NCBI GenBank assembly: GCA_010909165.1
Contig: MU008171.1
Location: 1,178,001-1,242,000 of the forward strand
Source: Anthoceros angustus
Lineage: Eukaryota > Plantae > Anthocerotophyta
DNA: 64,000 bases
Direction of reading: 5' to 3'
Within the stretch, counting starts at the first letter, position 1; the number at the start of each line of letters is the position of its first letter. The notes below the pieces were generated by a model, which worked only from the letters and a program-made list of their open reading frames with translations, did no database searches and was not told where the DNA came from. Positions 12,678 to 26,290 of this stretch are shown here, piece after piece. The position numbers and the translations under genes were made by a program.

Positions 12678-14704
12678 TCATGCAGCCACAGGAATCTTGG
12701 CACCGACTTTGCTGAGGATCTCGTCATCTGTTGAGAAGTCGGCAGCCTTCCGGAAAGTGCCCCGGCCGAAGTCCAGACCGTAGGAGTGGGCCAGGCCGTC
12801 GACAAGGCCGAATTCTGGGGCCCATCCCAGCTCCTTCTTCGCCTTGGCTATGGAAGTGAAGAAATGCTGCAAACCAGGTAGCCCCGGCTCAGAATCTGCC
12901 ACCAGCAGCTGCCAGTGGAACATTCGCAAAGTTACATGCACTTGTTGTACCTGGTCGCGGAGAGGGAAGGGTTTCTTCTTGCCGAAGTCGAATTCCTTGG
13001 GGTTGTAGTGCACTAACTCCGGGGCAGGGAACCCGCCAGCCTGAAGGTGGAGGGTCGAAGCTTAGAAGGAGGGTTTCCTATGGGCATCCTGAGTTACAGA
13101 GCTTGTAGAGCAGAAAGTACCTCTGCGCAGGCCTTGGCGATGCCGTCGAAAGTCACATATTTCTCGCCGGAGATGTTGTAAATCTCCCCGTAGGCGGTCT
13201 CATTTCCTAACACTGTGACGAATGCCCTGGCTAAGTCCTGCAGTCATAAGAGGATGACCAGTCTTATCAGACAAAGCGCCTTGGGTGAAGTTGAATGCAA
13301 GATGACAACCCTGGAACACACAAACCTGGACATGGCCGAGTTGGGTGATTTGCAGGCCAGAGCTTGGCACAGGGATTGGACGATTTGCTTTCAGTCGGTG
13401 GAAGAACCATTCCTCTACTGGGTTGTAGTTGAGGGGGCCGTAGATGTAAACTGGTCTCAGGGATGTCCATGGGGTGCTTTTGCTGGCAAGCAAGGACTCT
13501 GTGTCGAGTTTGCCCTTGTGCCTACTCTTGGGGTCAACAGCATCTACCTGCAAACGCAGACTCCGTTATCCTACATCCTACGTACATGACTTTGGTACAA
13601 CCAAATGGAGCAGAGAGGCTAGAGTATGTGTACTTCGTAGTGCGGAGGCAGATCGGTCTTCAAATACACGCCAGCTGACGAGCAGTAAATGTACCTGCAG
13701 ACATAGGAGCCATGGTATGGTGGTTTGGAGCGATGTGTTCCCTTTCCATCACTGTTGGAATAAGACGAGGGGCTGCTTTAGCTTACTGCTGGAGGCTTGG
13801 TAGCGCCTCAAGGATGGGCTCCACCTCTGCCGCTTCCCGTCCTGTTTCAGAGAACTGGAATGAGCATCCAGCGAGAAACACGGCGGTGAGCAACAGAGTT
13901 CAGGAAGGATGGCTAACCGTTGATGTCATACACAACATCGAAGCCCGTGCCTGCAAGTTTGCCCTTGAGCCCTTCAAAATCCTGGCGGTCTCCTTGGATG
14001 TGCTTCACCTGTTTTAAACCAGAAAAATCAGTGCTGCTGTCTTGGCTTGCCTGATGCATGACACAACGTTCCTGAAGCATCTGTATGGACCGTGGGCTAC
14101 CTTGGAGGCGTAAGCACTGTATTCCGAGTCGTTTTCTCCTGGCAGTTGCTGGGTAATTGGCGCTTTGCCTCGAGTGAAGAGAGTGACCTGCAAACAGCAA
14201 GATAAACAGCGGTGGGTGACGCTGGAACTACTGGGAATGCATGTGCAGGACCCTGAAAGGCTGTGAGCTTCACCTCATGGCCATCCTTGACCAGGAGTCT
14301 GGCAAGATAGATGCCGATGAACCGCGTGCCACCCATCAACAGAACCTTCTTGGGAGCCACAGCGGCGCATCGTGCTCCTTGCTGCCTCTCTCGCTTCACA
14401 ACGCACAGGCTGCTGCTTGACTGCAAAACCTGGCAGTCCCACGCTTGAGAGTCAGAATCCGCAAATGCCAACGCAATGCCTTCCTCTGAAATTCATTCAG
14501 CAAGACGAGCACGACGCCCACCTGTTGCGTGTGCTGGCTGGAGGCCAAATCGTGGCAGTGCAGGCCTGAGAAAGAGGCCTGCAGCCTGCTGGAAGGGGCA
14601 GCCAGACTGACGTTCCTGCCATTGCTGCTGCGGCAGCTGGCTCCCTTGGAGATGGCGACGGTGGCGGCGCCCGTAGCCACAGCAGCTGCATTCAAGGCAG
14701 CCAT
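12678..14704 (-). CDS. CSP41B: Chloroplast stem-loop binding protein of 41 kDa b (CRB), SDR/epimerase fold
   Basis: Transit peptide MAALNAAAVAT; KKVLLMGGTRFIGIYLARLLVKDGHEV; FDVVYDING; DAVDPKSRHKGKL; LRPVYIYGPLNYNPVEEWFFHRLK; HYNPKEFDFGKKKPFP; DFGRGTFRKAADFSTDD. Confidence 0.95.
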
Positions 14705-15047
14705 TTCCGCCGGGTGCAATGAAGCATTGCCCACGCACCAGGTAGATAGCTTACTTTCTCATCTCCTTCTCCTGCAAGCTCTATCCACAAATCCACAACG
14801 ATCGGCAGCCCCTCGTTTCTTACTTACAGTAGATTTCAGATATTTGGGAAAACCGGAGACAATTTTGGATCAGATCAAGCAGGCTTCCCTGTCGCGATTC
14901 CGCAATTCCAGCACTCGATGTAAGCTAAGCAAAGGGCGCGTAATGGGTGTGATAAAACCTCGTGACGGGCTCATGAATGGCATGCAAAAGGAGAACATGG
15001 TTCCATGCCCATGCGTCCGTCTCATTTGAGCCTACAAAGAAGCAAGC

Positions 15048-16173
15048 TCAACTCCTGGCTTTGCGGATCGACCTCAGGACAGTCCACATGAAAGTGGAGG
15101 CAAAGAAGAGGAGGGCAAACACGATAACGGCCGATTTCACGCCCAGGCTCACCACCAAATTCATCAATATGCCTGCAATGACCACCCCGAAGAAGTTGGC
15201 CCAGATTGCATTCCAAAACGGCATGCCCAAGACATACGCGGCTATGGCACCAGTCCAGGCCCCGGTGCCAGGGAATGGGACAGCCACAAACAGCATGAGG
15301 CCTAGCCACTGGAATTCCTGGATTGGCCCGGCTTTCCTTCTGGTTTTCTCGAACAAGCGGTGGAAGAAGGTCCTGGCTCTGATGCTTCTACTCGACAAGA
15401 AGTCCGAGAAGCTGCCCAGGTATAGCAGGATGATTGGCACCGGCACCATGTTCCTGCAATCAGTCTCACGGAGTCATCATGTGGAGTTAGCAGGCAGAAG
15501 CATGGTGGTCATCCTCTCCGAAGGCCAGCATTCACACAGGACGGCATTCGCTCACCCGAGGACGGCCAGGATGTAGCCTTTCCACGGATCCAGCTGCAGC
15601 CAGTATCCAATGGGCACGGCACCACGGAGCTCCAGCACGGGCAGCATGGCGGTGGTGAACACGATGGCCTCGTCCGCCCAGCCCGAGCGTCTCAGGAAGT
15701 CCGCCACTCGAAGGCCCAGGCTAGAGGAGCCGATGGAGTCTGCTGCAGCATGTGCCGTCCCCGCCGACAAGAGCATCGGCAGCCATGGCAGCATCAAGAG
15801 TACTCCCTTCAGGGAGTTGCCTAGCCACGGCGGGGGTTCAGAGGGCATGCACTCTTGGGCATGAGACTGCACCTGGCCATCACATCCGTCGGCCCTGGCC
15901 TTTGCTGGGGATGGCGATGGGGACGAATGCAGTCTGTGCCGGCGGCTCTTTGAGACCTGCAGAGGAGCAGCCAGGACACCGTGAACCACGATGCATGCAG
16001 GCCATCACAGGTAACAGCACGGGAGGACTAACCGTGAAAGCGATGCTGCCATGGGGCTGAGCTGCTCCGTGTTTGAATAAGGCCGCGCGGGGGAAGCTGA
16101 AAGCAGGGGTCTGAAAACGGGGCTCCAGGGAGCTCCCAACTACGTGGAAGGCCGGTGCGTAAGCGGCGGCCAT
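15048..16173 (-). CDS. Small multi-drug export family (COG2426-type) membrane protein, probably plastid-targeted (At2g02590-like), 3 exons
   Basis: AMLPVLELRGAVPIG, GNMVPVPII (spliced) and LMLFVAVPFPGTGAWTGAIAAYVLGM are family motifs. Exon 1 (16173-16033) splices in phase 0 to VSKSRRHR. Confidence 0.85.
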
Positions 16174-16690
16174 GGATGCAACCTTCACACTGTCCTTGCA
16201 GTCTCCATTCAGATGGCAAGCTTCCAACTTCCTTGTCGACGATTCCAAGGCGACGTGCTCCAGATGCTGGCTTTGCATTCGCTCCGGATTCGTCGACCAT
16301 CGGTTTAACTTCGTGCTAAAATAAATCCCGTAAAGAGTGCCCAGCCCAGAGGCTCAGTCTTATTCCATGAGAAACAAGTGATCTTAACAGCTCGTGATTG
16401 TCCAGCCTTCCGGTACAACAACCGTTCAACTACATGTCCACCCTCAAGGCACCCAGGTTCGAGCCCTACACGTATCGGCTTCCCAAGTGGTATGTGAACA
16501 GTGCTTGATGAAGCTCGGTCGTTTGCTTCTAATATGCGTGAAGTCAAAATTACGGAACTTGATGTGGAAATTCCATAACAAGCATCTCCTCAACTGGAAG
16601 AAACTACAAGGATGTTAAGCAGGACAGCAAATGAAGGACCTTGCCGCAAGGATCATCCAAGGAGAAAAACAGGAATACCTGCTGATCTGA

Positions 16691-17465
16691 TCAGTACTCT
16701 TTCACGGGCATTTTGTAAGTTCCGAAGTCCTCAGGGAATGGGAACTCTCGGGGAGTCTGGAACAGACAGAGACGTGAGTCAGTCGCACCAGTTTTGATTC
16801 TAAATCCAGTTCTGCCCTAAGTACGCAGTTAGGACATGATACAGCACCCAGGGAATCCTTGATGCTTTGTCATTCCAGACTGCCAGCAGCCCAATCACAG
16901 CGAAGAATCCCATGCCACCGGACAGCCACAAAAGTCCTTCGGTCTGCAAACGGCAACACACCACATGTCAGTGCCCCAGAGCTTAGAGTTAGCACTAGCA
17001 CACACACACAAGCATGACAAGACCCCACCTTGGAAATGTGGGGAGCCACGATGTCGATGCAGGGTTCCGGCACAAAGTTGCCATCGTCCCAGACCATCTC
17101 GTCTTGCTCATGAAGCTGCCAGGAACACCAGCGAAGTTAAAGTGAGTCAATCTGCGAGCAAGGGCCGGCCATATCCCTCCCTGCATTCCATCAAGGATTT
17201 GCTTCTGCGGGATCAGACAGCTCGTGCGCTCGCCGCGCCACAGAAGTGAAGCATAACCTAGGTAACGATGGGAATTGAAGCAAGCAGGACATGAATGAGG
17301 AGGCCAGGGAGCAGCGAGCAGCACCGGACTGTCCGGAGGCGGATTCGGCTTCACCGGCAACCCCATGCCTCCCCGCAGCCGCATCGCAGCCGACGCCTGT
17401 GTCACGCCAGCTCTTCGCATAAACCCACTGGTGATCCGCCCGATGCTCATACCGCCGCTTGCCAT
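16691..17465 (-). CDS. NDUFB8: Mitochondrial complex I subunit NDUFB8/ASHI, ~4 exons
   Basis: Spliced: MASGGMSIG...LRGGMGLPV; VWDDGNFVPEPCIDIVAPHISK; EGLLWLSGGMGFFAVIGLLAVWNDKASRIPW; TPREFPFPEDFGTYKMPVKEY*. Matches the plant NDUFB8 (At5g47570) pattern. Confidence 0.88.
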
Positions 17466-18063
17466 TCCCTCCACGCTCTGGAAGCCAGGAGCCACGCCGC
17501 CAGCAAGCACCAAGATTGGCCTTCAAACTAGTAAGACACAAATTAAGTGTCATTATTACGTGAATGTCGCGTTACGTGAGCGTCATTCATCAGCAACATC
17601 ACTTTAGCTCAGGCGGATGAACCATGAACCCGCCGGATCGGATCACCTCATGCGTAATTGTTTCAGAGAAAAAAGTAATACCTAATCAGTAAACATCCTG
17701 CCGCTACGAATGCGAATGCGCAGTGTACATATACCTATACTCTCCATGGGGGTAGGTACATTATTATTCCATCGAATAGGTCTTCCCACATACTGATGTT
17801 TGGTGTTGGCAGGGATTCACGTATTCTTACGACGAATATAAAATGGGAAGGAAGTACATACAGGTGCAGCTAAGGGGCAAGAAAGAAAGAAGAAAGAAAG
17901 AAGGAAGGACTGGAGGGTCGCAAGGTGGTGGCGAGCTCGTGCGGGAAACAGCCGAGGGCAGGGGAGGCCAAGGCCGGGCAGGGCAGGACAGGGTAGCGCA
18001 GAGCAGAGCAGGGAGGAATCCATTGCAGCAGTAGAGCGGACAGTTGCTGCTGTTGCATGGTGC
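17466..18063. promoter_or_regulatory. Probable bidirectional promoter region between NDUFB8 and DCAF1
   Basis: The two divergent ATGs are ~600 bp apart; no other space exists for either promoter. Confidence 0.55.
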
Positions 18064-21000
18064 ATGGCACCCAATTCTCCGACTGCAGGGCAGCGTGAAC
18101 TCGAGGCCCTGTGGGGACCAGACTCCCGGTGGGGACCTTCCGCCACCTCGTCCATGGTCGGTGTGTCTGCAGCGCAACCCGGGCCTGATGCTGGAGCTGG
18201 CGGAGCATCCACGTCCGGAGCCAACGATGGCGGCGCGTCGGCGACCGCGTCACTGTCCGCGGATGCCTCCGGGGTCACCGAGGACGTGCTTGGCCGCGCA
18301 CGAACTGTCATGCGCCGCATCGTCTCTAACAGGGCCAACCCCGATCCCTGCCACCTTCACTGCCTCGCCGCCATCCTGGAGCAGGAGGAGCTCAGGTGGG
18401 ACCTCGTGCGCCACTCGTGGCATGGTTCCTTAGGATTGAGCTGCCACAGTCGCTTGCTAGGAGTCTTAGTCGTCAGAGTGCCTCCGGGGGGCAGCCGGGA
18501 GCTCCTGATTACGGTCCGTGGGGTTGGATTGGACTTGAATCATGTCAGCGGCGGGAACTGGTCCACAAGTAGGAGCTTCGGAGCTCCTTGCCGCAGCGTG
18601 AATTCAGGCCGAGGGAATCCCCAGGTTTTCGGGACTGTGGCAATTTTTTCCGGCCCGTGCTGAAGATTGGCAGCTGCACAGCTGAGCAAGCTTGCCGAGC
18701 TCGTGCAATTGCCACTCCTTCACGAGTCCATTTTATCTGAGGGCAATTCGAGCAGGATTTGCCGCGGGGGATTGTTCATGCTCAGTTTGAAGAGTGTCCC
18801 TGAAGTTCTGGATGCTTGCAAACGTTTGTTGCACTGGCTGTCGTGTCTAGGGGTTTGGAGCCGCTCGGTGATGTTTCGATTTTCTTCCTGTCGCAGGTTT
18901 GAGCAGCAAGGGGGTCATACCAATAACTCGCGTTCGTCGCATAATATAGGCAGGCTGGTGTCCATTCTGAGAGTAACCTCCTCATCTCCTCTTGTTTTTT
19001 TCTGAGAATGTTGTATGCTGTTATTCGTCTCCGTGAGTATCTGCAACTTTTGTGTGTCGGTTTCCTCTTCTGGCAGGACGACGATGAGTTCTTTGAGATG
19101 CTGTCCACAAGCTTTTTGGTAGAGAGTACCTACTCCCCAAAACTACGCGCAGCAGCAGCTCGACTTCTGTATTCCTGCATTTCCGGCTGGGTGGTAATGT
19201 CTTCCATACAAGTGGTTCTCATCAGAAGGGAGGTTGAAGATTCTGACAAGCATGCTGACTGATGTTTCGTCGGTTGGCTTTGCAGTACCCACACGATTTC
19301 GAAGAGGCAGTTGTGAATAAGATCAAGGAATGGGTTGTTGAAGATATACTCCAAGAGGGGATATCTCACAGGAGTTCACGGAGAAAAACCACTTCTAATG
19401 TGGAGGATGTGGACCGTGAGATTCTCAGGACGTATGCAACCGGCCTCTTGGCTTTAGCGCTGGCTGGGTATGTTCTGCCCTGTGTGTTGTTTTCAGCAGA
19501 CTCCATGTTGTTTTAGCAGCAAAAGTTCAGACATTTTTGAGACATGTGCACAATGACTTCTGTTGTAATTGCAGAACTGATATAATTGATGAAGTCTTGG
19601 GAAGCGGTATGGTATCCAAGTTGATGCACTATCTTCGTGTTCAAGTCCTTGGTCACGAGGCTATTGAACCCCCAAGTTCTGACAACAGGTCAAATGCGGG
19701 TGTTGGTGCTGCTCGCGGAAGGGATGAGGGTCGAGGGCGAGTTCGACCTCCCTTGGATGATGGATGGCTGCCAGATAGAGCTGTTGTTGAAAATCCAGCT
19801 AATGAACCATCGTTTCAGGAGCCTTCTATTGATGTTACGGCTGATGGAAATGTGGAACGTGATGATGACATGAATAGTCTGGCTGATCAGCATCTGGTAG
19901 ATACCATCTCTCCTGCTTTAGGGACTTCTGAGGCCAAGCTGACCATGCACGATTCAACAGAGGATGCTGATATTACCACTGAAGATAAACGGAGGAGGAA
20001 AGACCGGAGAGATGGGAAGAACAGGGGTTTGGACTGGAGTAGGAATCACCGGGATGTTGAGACAGAAGAGCCTGGAAGAGTGGAGGCAGCTAGGCGTTGG
20101 GGTGACAGTAGGGACCGTTTAGGTGGTCGAGGTAGAGGGAAGGGCAGAGTTGGTGATGTGTTGAGTGAGACTGTACAACAAAGTCCTGGAGCAAGGGATG
20201 TCAGCCAAGCTCGAAGGGCTCTTCTGGATAGGAGTGGCTGTTCAGACTCTGTTATGGGCGTTGACATGGACACTGCCCTAATTGACAGTGATGCTGGTCT
20301 CTCCGATGCACACAAGCGCTATGAGGATAACAGCAGGAGCCTGGTGATTGGGAGTCTGGATTTATCAGCAGTGGTGAGGGAGGCTTCCAGTGCAGCTGAA
20401 GCTGAGGCAAGGGCTGCCCAGGCCTTACCAGAAGCAGTTAAGGCTGCAGGGGATGCAGCTGCTGAACTTGTTCGATTTGCAGCAACAGAGGTGATGTGAT
20501 AGCACTTTTTATTTCCAGGGTATTTTAATGTGCTGATGTGCTTTCACTTCATTTTCTTGAGACGTTGTGTGGTCTAATTTGTTTGTTTCTTTTTTAAAAG
20601 CTGACATTCTTCTTGGCCGTATCAGGCTTTAGGAGAAATGAATGACATGGAAGCCGCACTAGCAGCAGCGGAAGCAGCAGCGGCCTCAGTTGTGGATGCT
20701 GGAAGGGCAACAGCAGTGAGCAGGTGTGTTGTTTTCTGGTCTGGATTGCTTTGGTCAGGTTGGATTTATGCAAATCAAATTCAGGTGGTGAATGATGTTC
20801 ATCTGTGGTCATCAGCAGTGCTCCAACTACCTCTGGAGACACTTTTGTTGAGAGTAATCTAGGTCAGAAGGCCACAAAGGAACACTTGTGCGATTTGGAT
20901 ACCCAGAGAGGGGATTGTCAAATGGACTTTGAAGTCTTGGCCTTCCTAAGACAGCGCTTCTGTGTTCAATGCTTGGAGAAGATGGGAGAGTATGTTGAAG

Positions 21001-24000
21001 TACTGGGTCCCATACTTCATGAAAAAGGAGTGGACGTCTGTCTAGCATTGCTAGAGCGTGGAGCGAAGGACAGCTTGTCTGTCAGAGACATGGGAATGCT
21101 GACAGATGTACTGAAACTCATCTGTGCTTTCTCTGCACATCGTAAATTTGCAGCTCTTTTTGTGGATCGTGGCGGTGTACAGAAGCTTCTTGCCACCCCA
21201 CGAGTTCCACAGACCCTCTCTGGCATCTCTCTCTGCTTTTCTGCTTTGGCTTCGTTGCAGGTACTTGTTTTGCTTGGTTGGGGTTTTTTCTTTTTGTAGC
21301 CAACTGATCAAAAGTTTACTGAAAAAATCTGTGTTTATTTGTTGTGTCAACTGTTGCTTCAGGGTGTTGTTATGGAGCGCGTCTGTGCTTTGCCCACAGC
21401 CACGGTGCAGGAGATTGTAGCTCTGGCTCTTCAGCTCCTAGGGAGCTATCAAGACCCAGCTCGACGGCATGCTGCCGTATTTTTTGGAGCTGCATTTGTA
21501 TTCCGAGCTGTCTTGGATGCCTTTGATAGCCAAGATGGGCTCCGGAAATTTTTGAATGTGCTAGGAAATGCTGCTATGTTGAGAACTGGGGGGGTTTCTG
21601 CGGCACCAGGTACCAGTTCAATTTCAGCTGGCTCGAGAAGTGATCGGGGATCTGCTGCGGAGGTATTGACCTCCTCAGGAAAGCACATTGCCTTCCAGAC
21701 ATGTGTGGCATTGCGGCAGTATTTCCGATCTCATTTTGTGCTAGTTGTCGAGTCACTGCGTCCTTCTAAAGGTCATCGGAGTGGTTCGCGATGCACAGCT
21801 AATTCCAGGGCTTTTTACAAGCCCTTGGACCTTAGCAATGAGGCAATTGAGTCCCTGATTACTCAGCTGCAGCGAGACAGGAAGTTGGGCCCAGCATTTG
21901 TGCGTTGTAAATGGATTGCACTTGAAAAATTTATGGACTTAACGGGGCACATCACATTATTAGAGCTTACCCAGGTACATTCCCAGCGTTCCCAGGTATA
22001 TTCTTCCAGCTGCATACGTTTATTTGTAGATCATGTTTGAGCCCAACTTTCAACCTTTGAAGTCTGCTGTCTTTAGTTCTGGCAGGCCGCACCTGGCGAG
22101 AGGTACTTGAACGACATTGCCCGGCATGCACTGGATGTACTGCAATTAGTTACTTTAATGCCATTAACCCGACGACCCGTGGTAGGAGCTACACTCTGGA
22201 ATGAACGCTCTGGAATGGCTGTTATTCTGGAAGCAGCGAGTGGGGCAGCATTTGGGGATCCCGAGGTACTTTAGCTGGCACATGGATTTGTGAGCTGTGC
22301 TGTGGGGGGGATATTTATCAACTGTGGAAAATTATTGACTCCCCTGTGTTTTGGCTGCAGGTCCTCCAGGTAGCTCTGATGGTGTTAGTTAATCTGGTTT
22401 GTCCACCACCATCATTGTGCAGTCGTCCCTTGGTCCCTAGCACACCTGCCGGGCACCTGGGTCAGAGTGGTGGTGCTGGATCACAACCAGGTTCTGGTGT
22501 AGGATCGTCTGGGGCGAATGGTGAGGGACGAGAACGTGTGTTTAAAGATCCAACACTGGAAAGAATCATGATGCAAACTCCAAGTGCTGGAACACCTGGT
22601 TCAGCAGTTGTAGGGGATCGGAGAATCTCTCTTGGGCCAGGGGCTGGTGGCTCTGGTATGGCGGCATTCATAGAGCATGGTTATCGCGTTGCCCGCGAGG
22701 CAGTGCGTTCAAACAATGGAATTAGAGTTCTCTTGCACCTTCTCTATCCTCGTGTAGTATATCCGGCAACTACTCTTGATCGGATTCGAGCTTTGGCATG
22801 TCGTGTGCTCCTCGGACTGGCAAGAGATGACACCATTGCTCATATTTTGACAAAGCTTCAGGTATGTCATGGCCCTTCAGTTGGTTGCTGGTTTTCACCT
22901 CTTCAGAGTTAATGTGCCATCTCATGGTCACAATCGGTTAATACAATTTGCTGCTGTCAATCATGTTTCAGGTTGGCAAGATACTGTCTGAGTTGTTGAG
23001 AGATGGAAGTGCGGCGGGGCGAGATTCAGGTTCTGCTATAGGTGGTGAACAAGGAAGGTGGCAGGCTGAGCTTAGCCGGGTGGCCCTCGATCTTATTGCA
23101 GTGAGTTATCATCTTCAGGTTTCATAATGATTTGCAACTTTCTGAGGGTTTGTGTTGATGGGAAATTTATATGCTTGGCTTTCCGCATGCAGATAGTGAC
23201 AAATGCTGGAAGAGCCAGCACTGTTGCTGCCAGTGAAGCGGCTGCACCAACACTGCGGAGGATTGAAAGAGCTGCAATTGCAGCTGCTACTCCTATAAGC
23301 TATCATTCAAGGTTCTGATTGCTTTATTTTCATGCTTTTGTGCTTTCTAAGCGTTTTTGGAGTCAGTATGGCTGTGTTCCAGGCAAAGATCGTATTGCAA
23401 GGTTGCCAAATTTATGAGAATCTTGTTGTGGTGCACAGGGAACTGCTTCAGCTTATTCATGAACATCTCAAGGCTTCTGGACTTGTAGATTCAGCTAATG
23501 CGCTTATGAAGGAGGCTCAACTGACTCCGTTGCCATCTTCGCTAGCCCCCGGGGCTCTGAACTTCCGAGTTTCACCCTCCGATGACAAGATGGATTCGAT
23601 GTATTGGCCCAGTGGACGTGTACCTGGAGGGTTTTTTAACTCGCCTTATCCACAGTTGGTCGGGGAAAGGGAATCGAACACAGCAGTGAACTCAGGTACA
23701 GGTTGCAGGAAGACTCCTGGGTTTTCTGCTGGGCTGGGAGGTTCCAGTGCTACTCCAGGGAAGAAATCGCAGGCTGGAAAGGATGGCAGGTTACATGGCA
23801 GCCGTGATCAGGAAGCTCATCATAGTACTGGACCTAGTAAGGTCAGTAATGCCGAGTCAGAGAATGTATTCAAAACCCCATCTCGTGGACTATCTTTGAA
23901 GCGCAAGGCCAATGACAAAGAGTTATCAACTATGTCTCCTAACAAGCGGGTTGCTCTAGCTGATCCAGCTTTTCCATCCTTACCCCCCTCAGCCTTCTAC

Positions 24001-25917
24001 ACACCTGCCCAGTCTCGTCTTAGAAGCAATTTTTCTTTAGATGGCAGTTATCCAACACCTATGACTCCTGTAAGCTCACAAGATAGTCTGCCAAGGCCTG
24101 TCTTGTTTGGAACAGCTGAGAAAGCAGAAGCTGTTAGTTGGCCGAATGACACAACATATGCAATTGAGAAGTTGTCATCCCATGCTCTTCACATGCATAG
24201 CTCAAGCCTCTCTCAGGGTCCTCATTTCCCAACAAACTCTGCGTTGCTTCCAGATACCCGTTGCTCTTCTGACAGGGCCACTCTAGATTCATTGGTGGTG
24301 CAGTACTTGAAGCACCAGCATAGGCAGTGTCCAGCACCTATCACAACTTTGCCTCCCCTTTCTCTTCTGCACCCCCATATGTGTCCTGAGCCTAGTAGGG
24401 GCTTAGATGCCCCTTTGAATATAGCTGGACGGCTGGCTGCTCGGGAGATCTGTCCTCCACATGGGGGTCTTCATGGACGCAAGCGAGATCGTCACTTTGT
24501 GTACAGCAGGTTCCGACCTCTTCGAACATGCCGGGATGATGCCGGTGCACTGTTGACGACTACAACATTCCTGGGACGTGCTGCCTATCTTGCAGCTGGA
24601 AGTCATGTTGGAGATATTCGGATCTTTGATTCTAGCTCAGGGAATACCCTTGAAATACAGACTTGTCATACATCACCGATCACATTGCTGCAGTGTGCCC
24701 CTCGGGAGTTATCAACTGGTGCAGAGGTATTGACTTCCCATCCTTCTTATCTGCTACTGTCATCTACTGCTTATGATACTCGCCTTTGGGATTCATCAGC
24801 CTTGAGCAATGGGCCTCTACACTCCTTTGATGCTTGTAAAGCTGCCCGCTTCAATCATAGTGGAACTCGATTTGGTGGTATAGAGCCAACACAAAAGGAG
24901 GTGTTGCTTTATGATGTTAGCACTGGGAAACTGGAGCAAAGGCTTACGGATAGTGTTGTGGGTGCACTGCGATCACATAATCAAGCTTATGTGCATTTTA
25001 GTCCCACAGACACATTAGTGCTGTGGAATGGAGTGTTGTGGGATCACCGGATTCTTCGTTCTATCCATAAATTTGACCAGTTTACGGATTATGGCGGTGG
25101 TGGTTTCCATCCTGCAGGCAATGAGGTGAGACTTGCGGGTTGTTGGTCATATGTTTACCCCTGTTTTTAATAATGCACCGTCTGTGAACGAGATTCTTGT
25201 CGATCTGCTCACTATGGAGTGACATTGTTGTTGTGACTGACTCAGGTGATCATCAACTCAGAAGTCTGGGATTTGCGCTCATACAAACTTCTTCGAAGTG
25301 TTCCAGCCCTTGATCAGACTGCTATCAACTTCAATACCACTGCAGATGTAATATATGCCTATCTTCGCCGCAGTAGTGATGACATCATGGCTGCTCTCAA
25401 CTCTAAGAGAAGCCGGCATGAGCTGTTTTCTTCCTTCAGGACACTAGATGCTGTGGATTATTCTGACATAGCGACCACAGCTGTGGATCGCTGTGTTCTG
25501 GACCTTGCTACTGAGTCTACTGATTCTTTCATAGCAGTTGTTGGCCTTGATGCAACTGACCAAATGGAGTCGGTAGTAAGGCTTTATGAAGTGGGAAGGC
25601 GGCGACCAACTGATGACGATTCTGATCCAGATGATGGTGGGGAATCTGAGGAAGAGGAAGAAAGTGAGGGAGAAGATGAGGATGAGGATGGAGACTTACA
25701 TGGAGACGACTCAGACGTTGACCTTGGCAGCACAGGGGATGGCAGTGGCGATGATGCTGATTTTGCAAGCACTGACGAGGACATCAGTGATAGACTGACA
25801 GGAGATATTTTGGAGCTGATCTCTGATGAAGATGAGGATGATCATAGTAGAGGTGGTTTCAGCAGTGGTGATGAATCTGAAGGTGACTTTGATGTCTATG
25901 CTGATGGTATTCGTTAG
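18064..25917 (+). CDS. DCAF1: DDB1- and CUL4-associated factor 1 (VprBP homolog), multi-exon
   Basis: AHRKFAALFVDRGGVQKLL; EAVRSNNGIRVLLHLL...RALACRVLLGLARDDTIAHILTKLQ; LisH RELLQLIHEHLKASGL; LKHQHRQCPAPITTLPPLSLLHPHMCPEP; WD region [32 protein letters not shown]/E-rich tail. Confidence 0.96.
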
Positions 25918-26290
25918 TCCAACTCAGGGCAGTCCGTTGTTTGGTGTTTTTGAATGCTCAACACCTCCATGGGGTTTGGGGTTGTGATAGACGAAGCACT
26001 CTTCAATTTTGAGGTGAAGCATAGACGGACCTGTCAGGCTGGAACTTGTACAGAAGTGAGGCTGGCACTGGGGATAGGGTATGCGCTCTCACTGGGGATA
26101 GGGTATGCGCTCTGCCGTTGTAAAAGATGGCTAAATAGATGCCAAATTGCAGGGAAGTAGAGGTGCTGAGGTGTTCAGAAGTTAATGCACCAATTATCTG
26201 GGAGACCACAGGGACTTGCTTCATATTATCGTCCTAAGAGTGCTTCAGACGTATTGCTGACGTTAGGTACATATATGGTTCACAAGTTGA

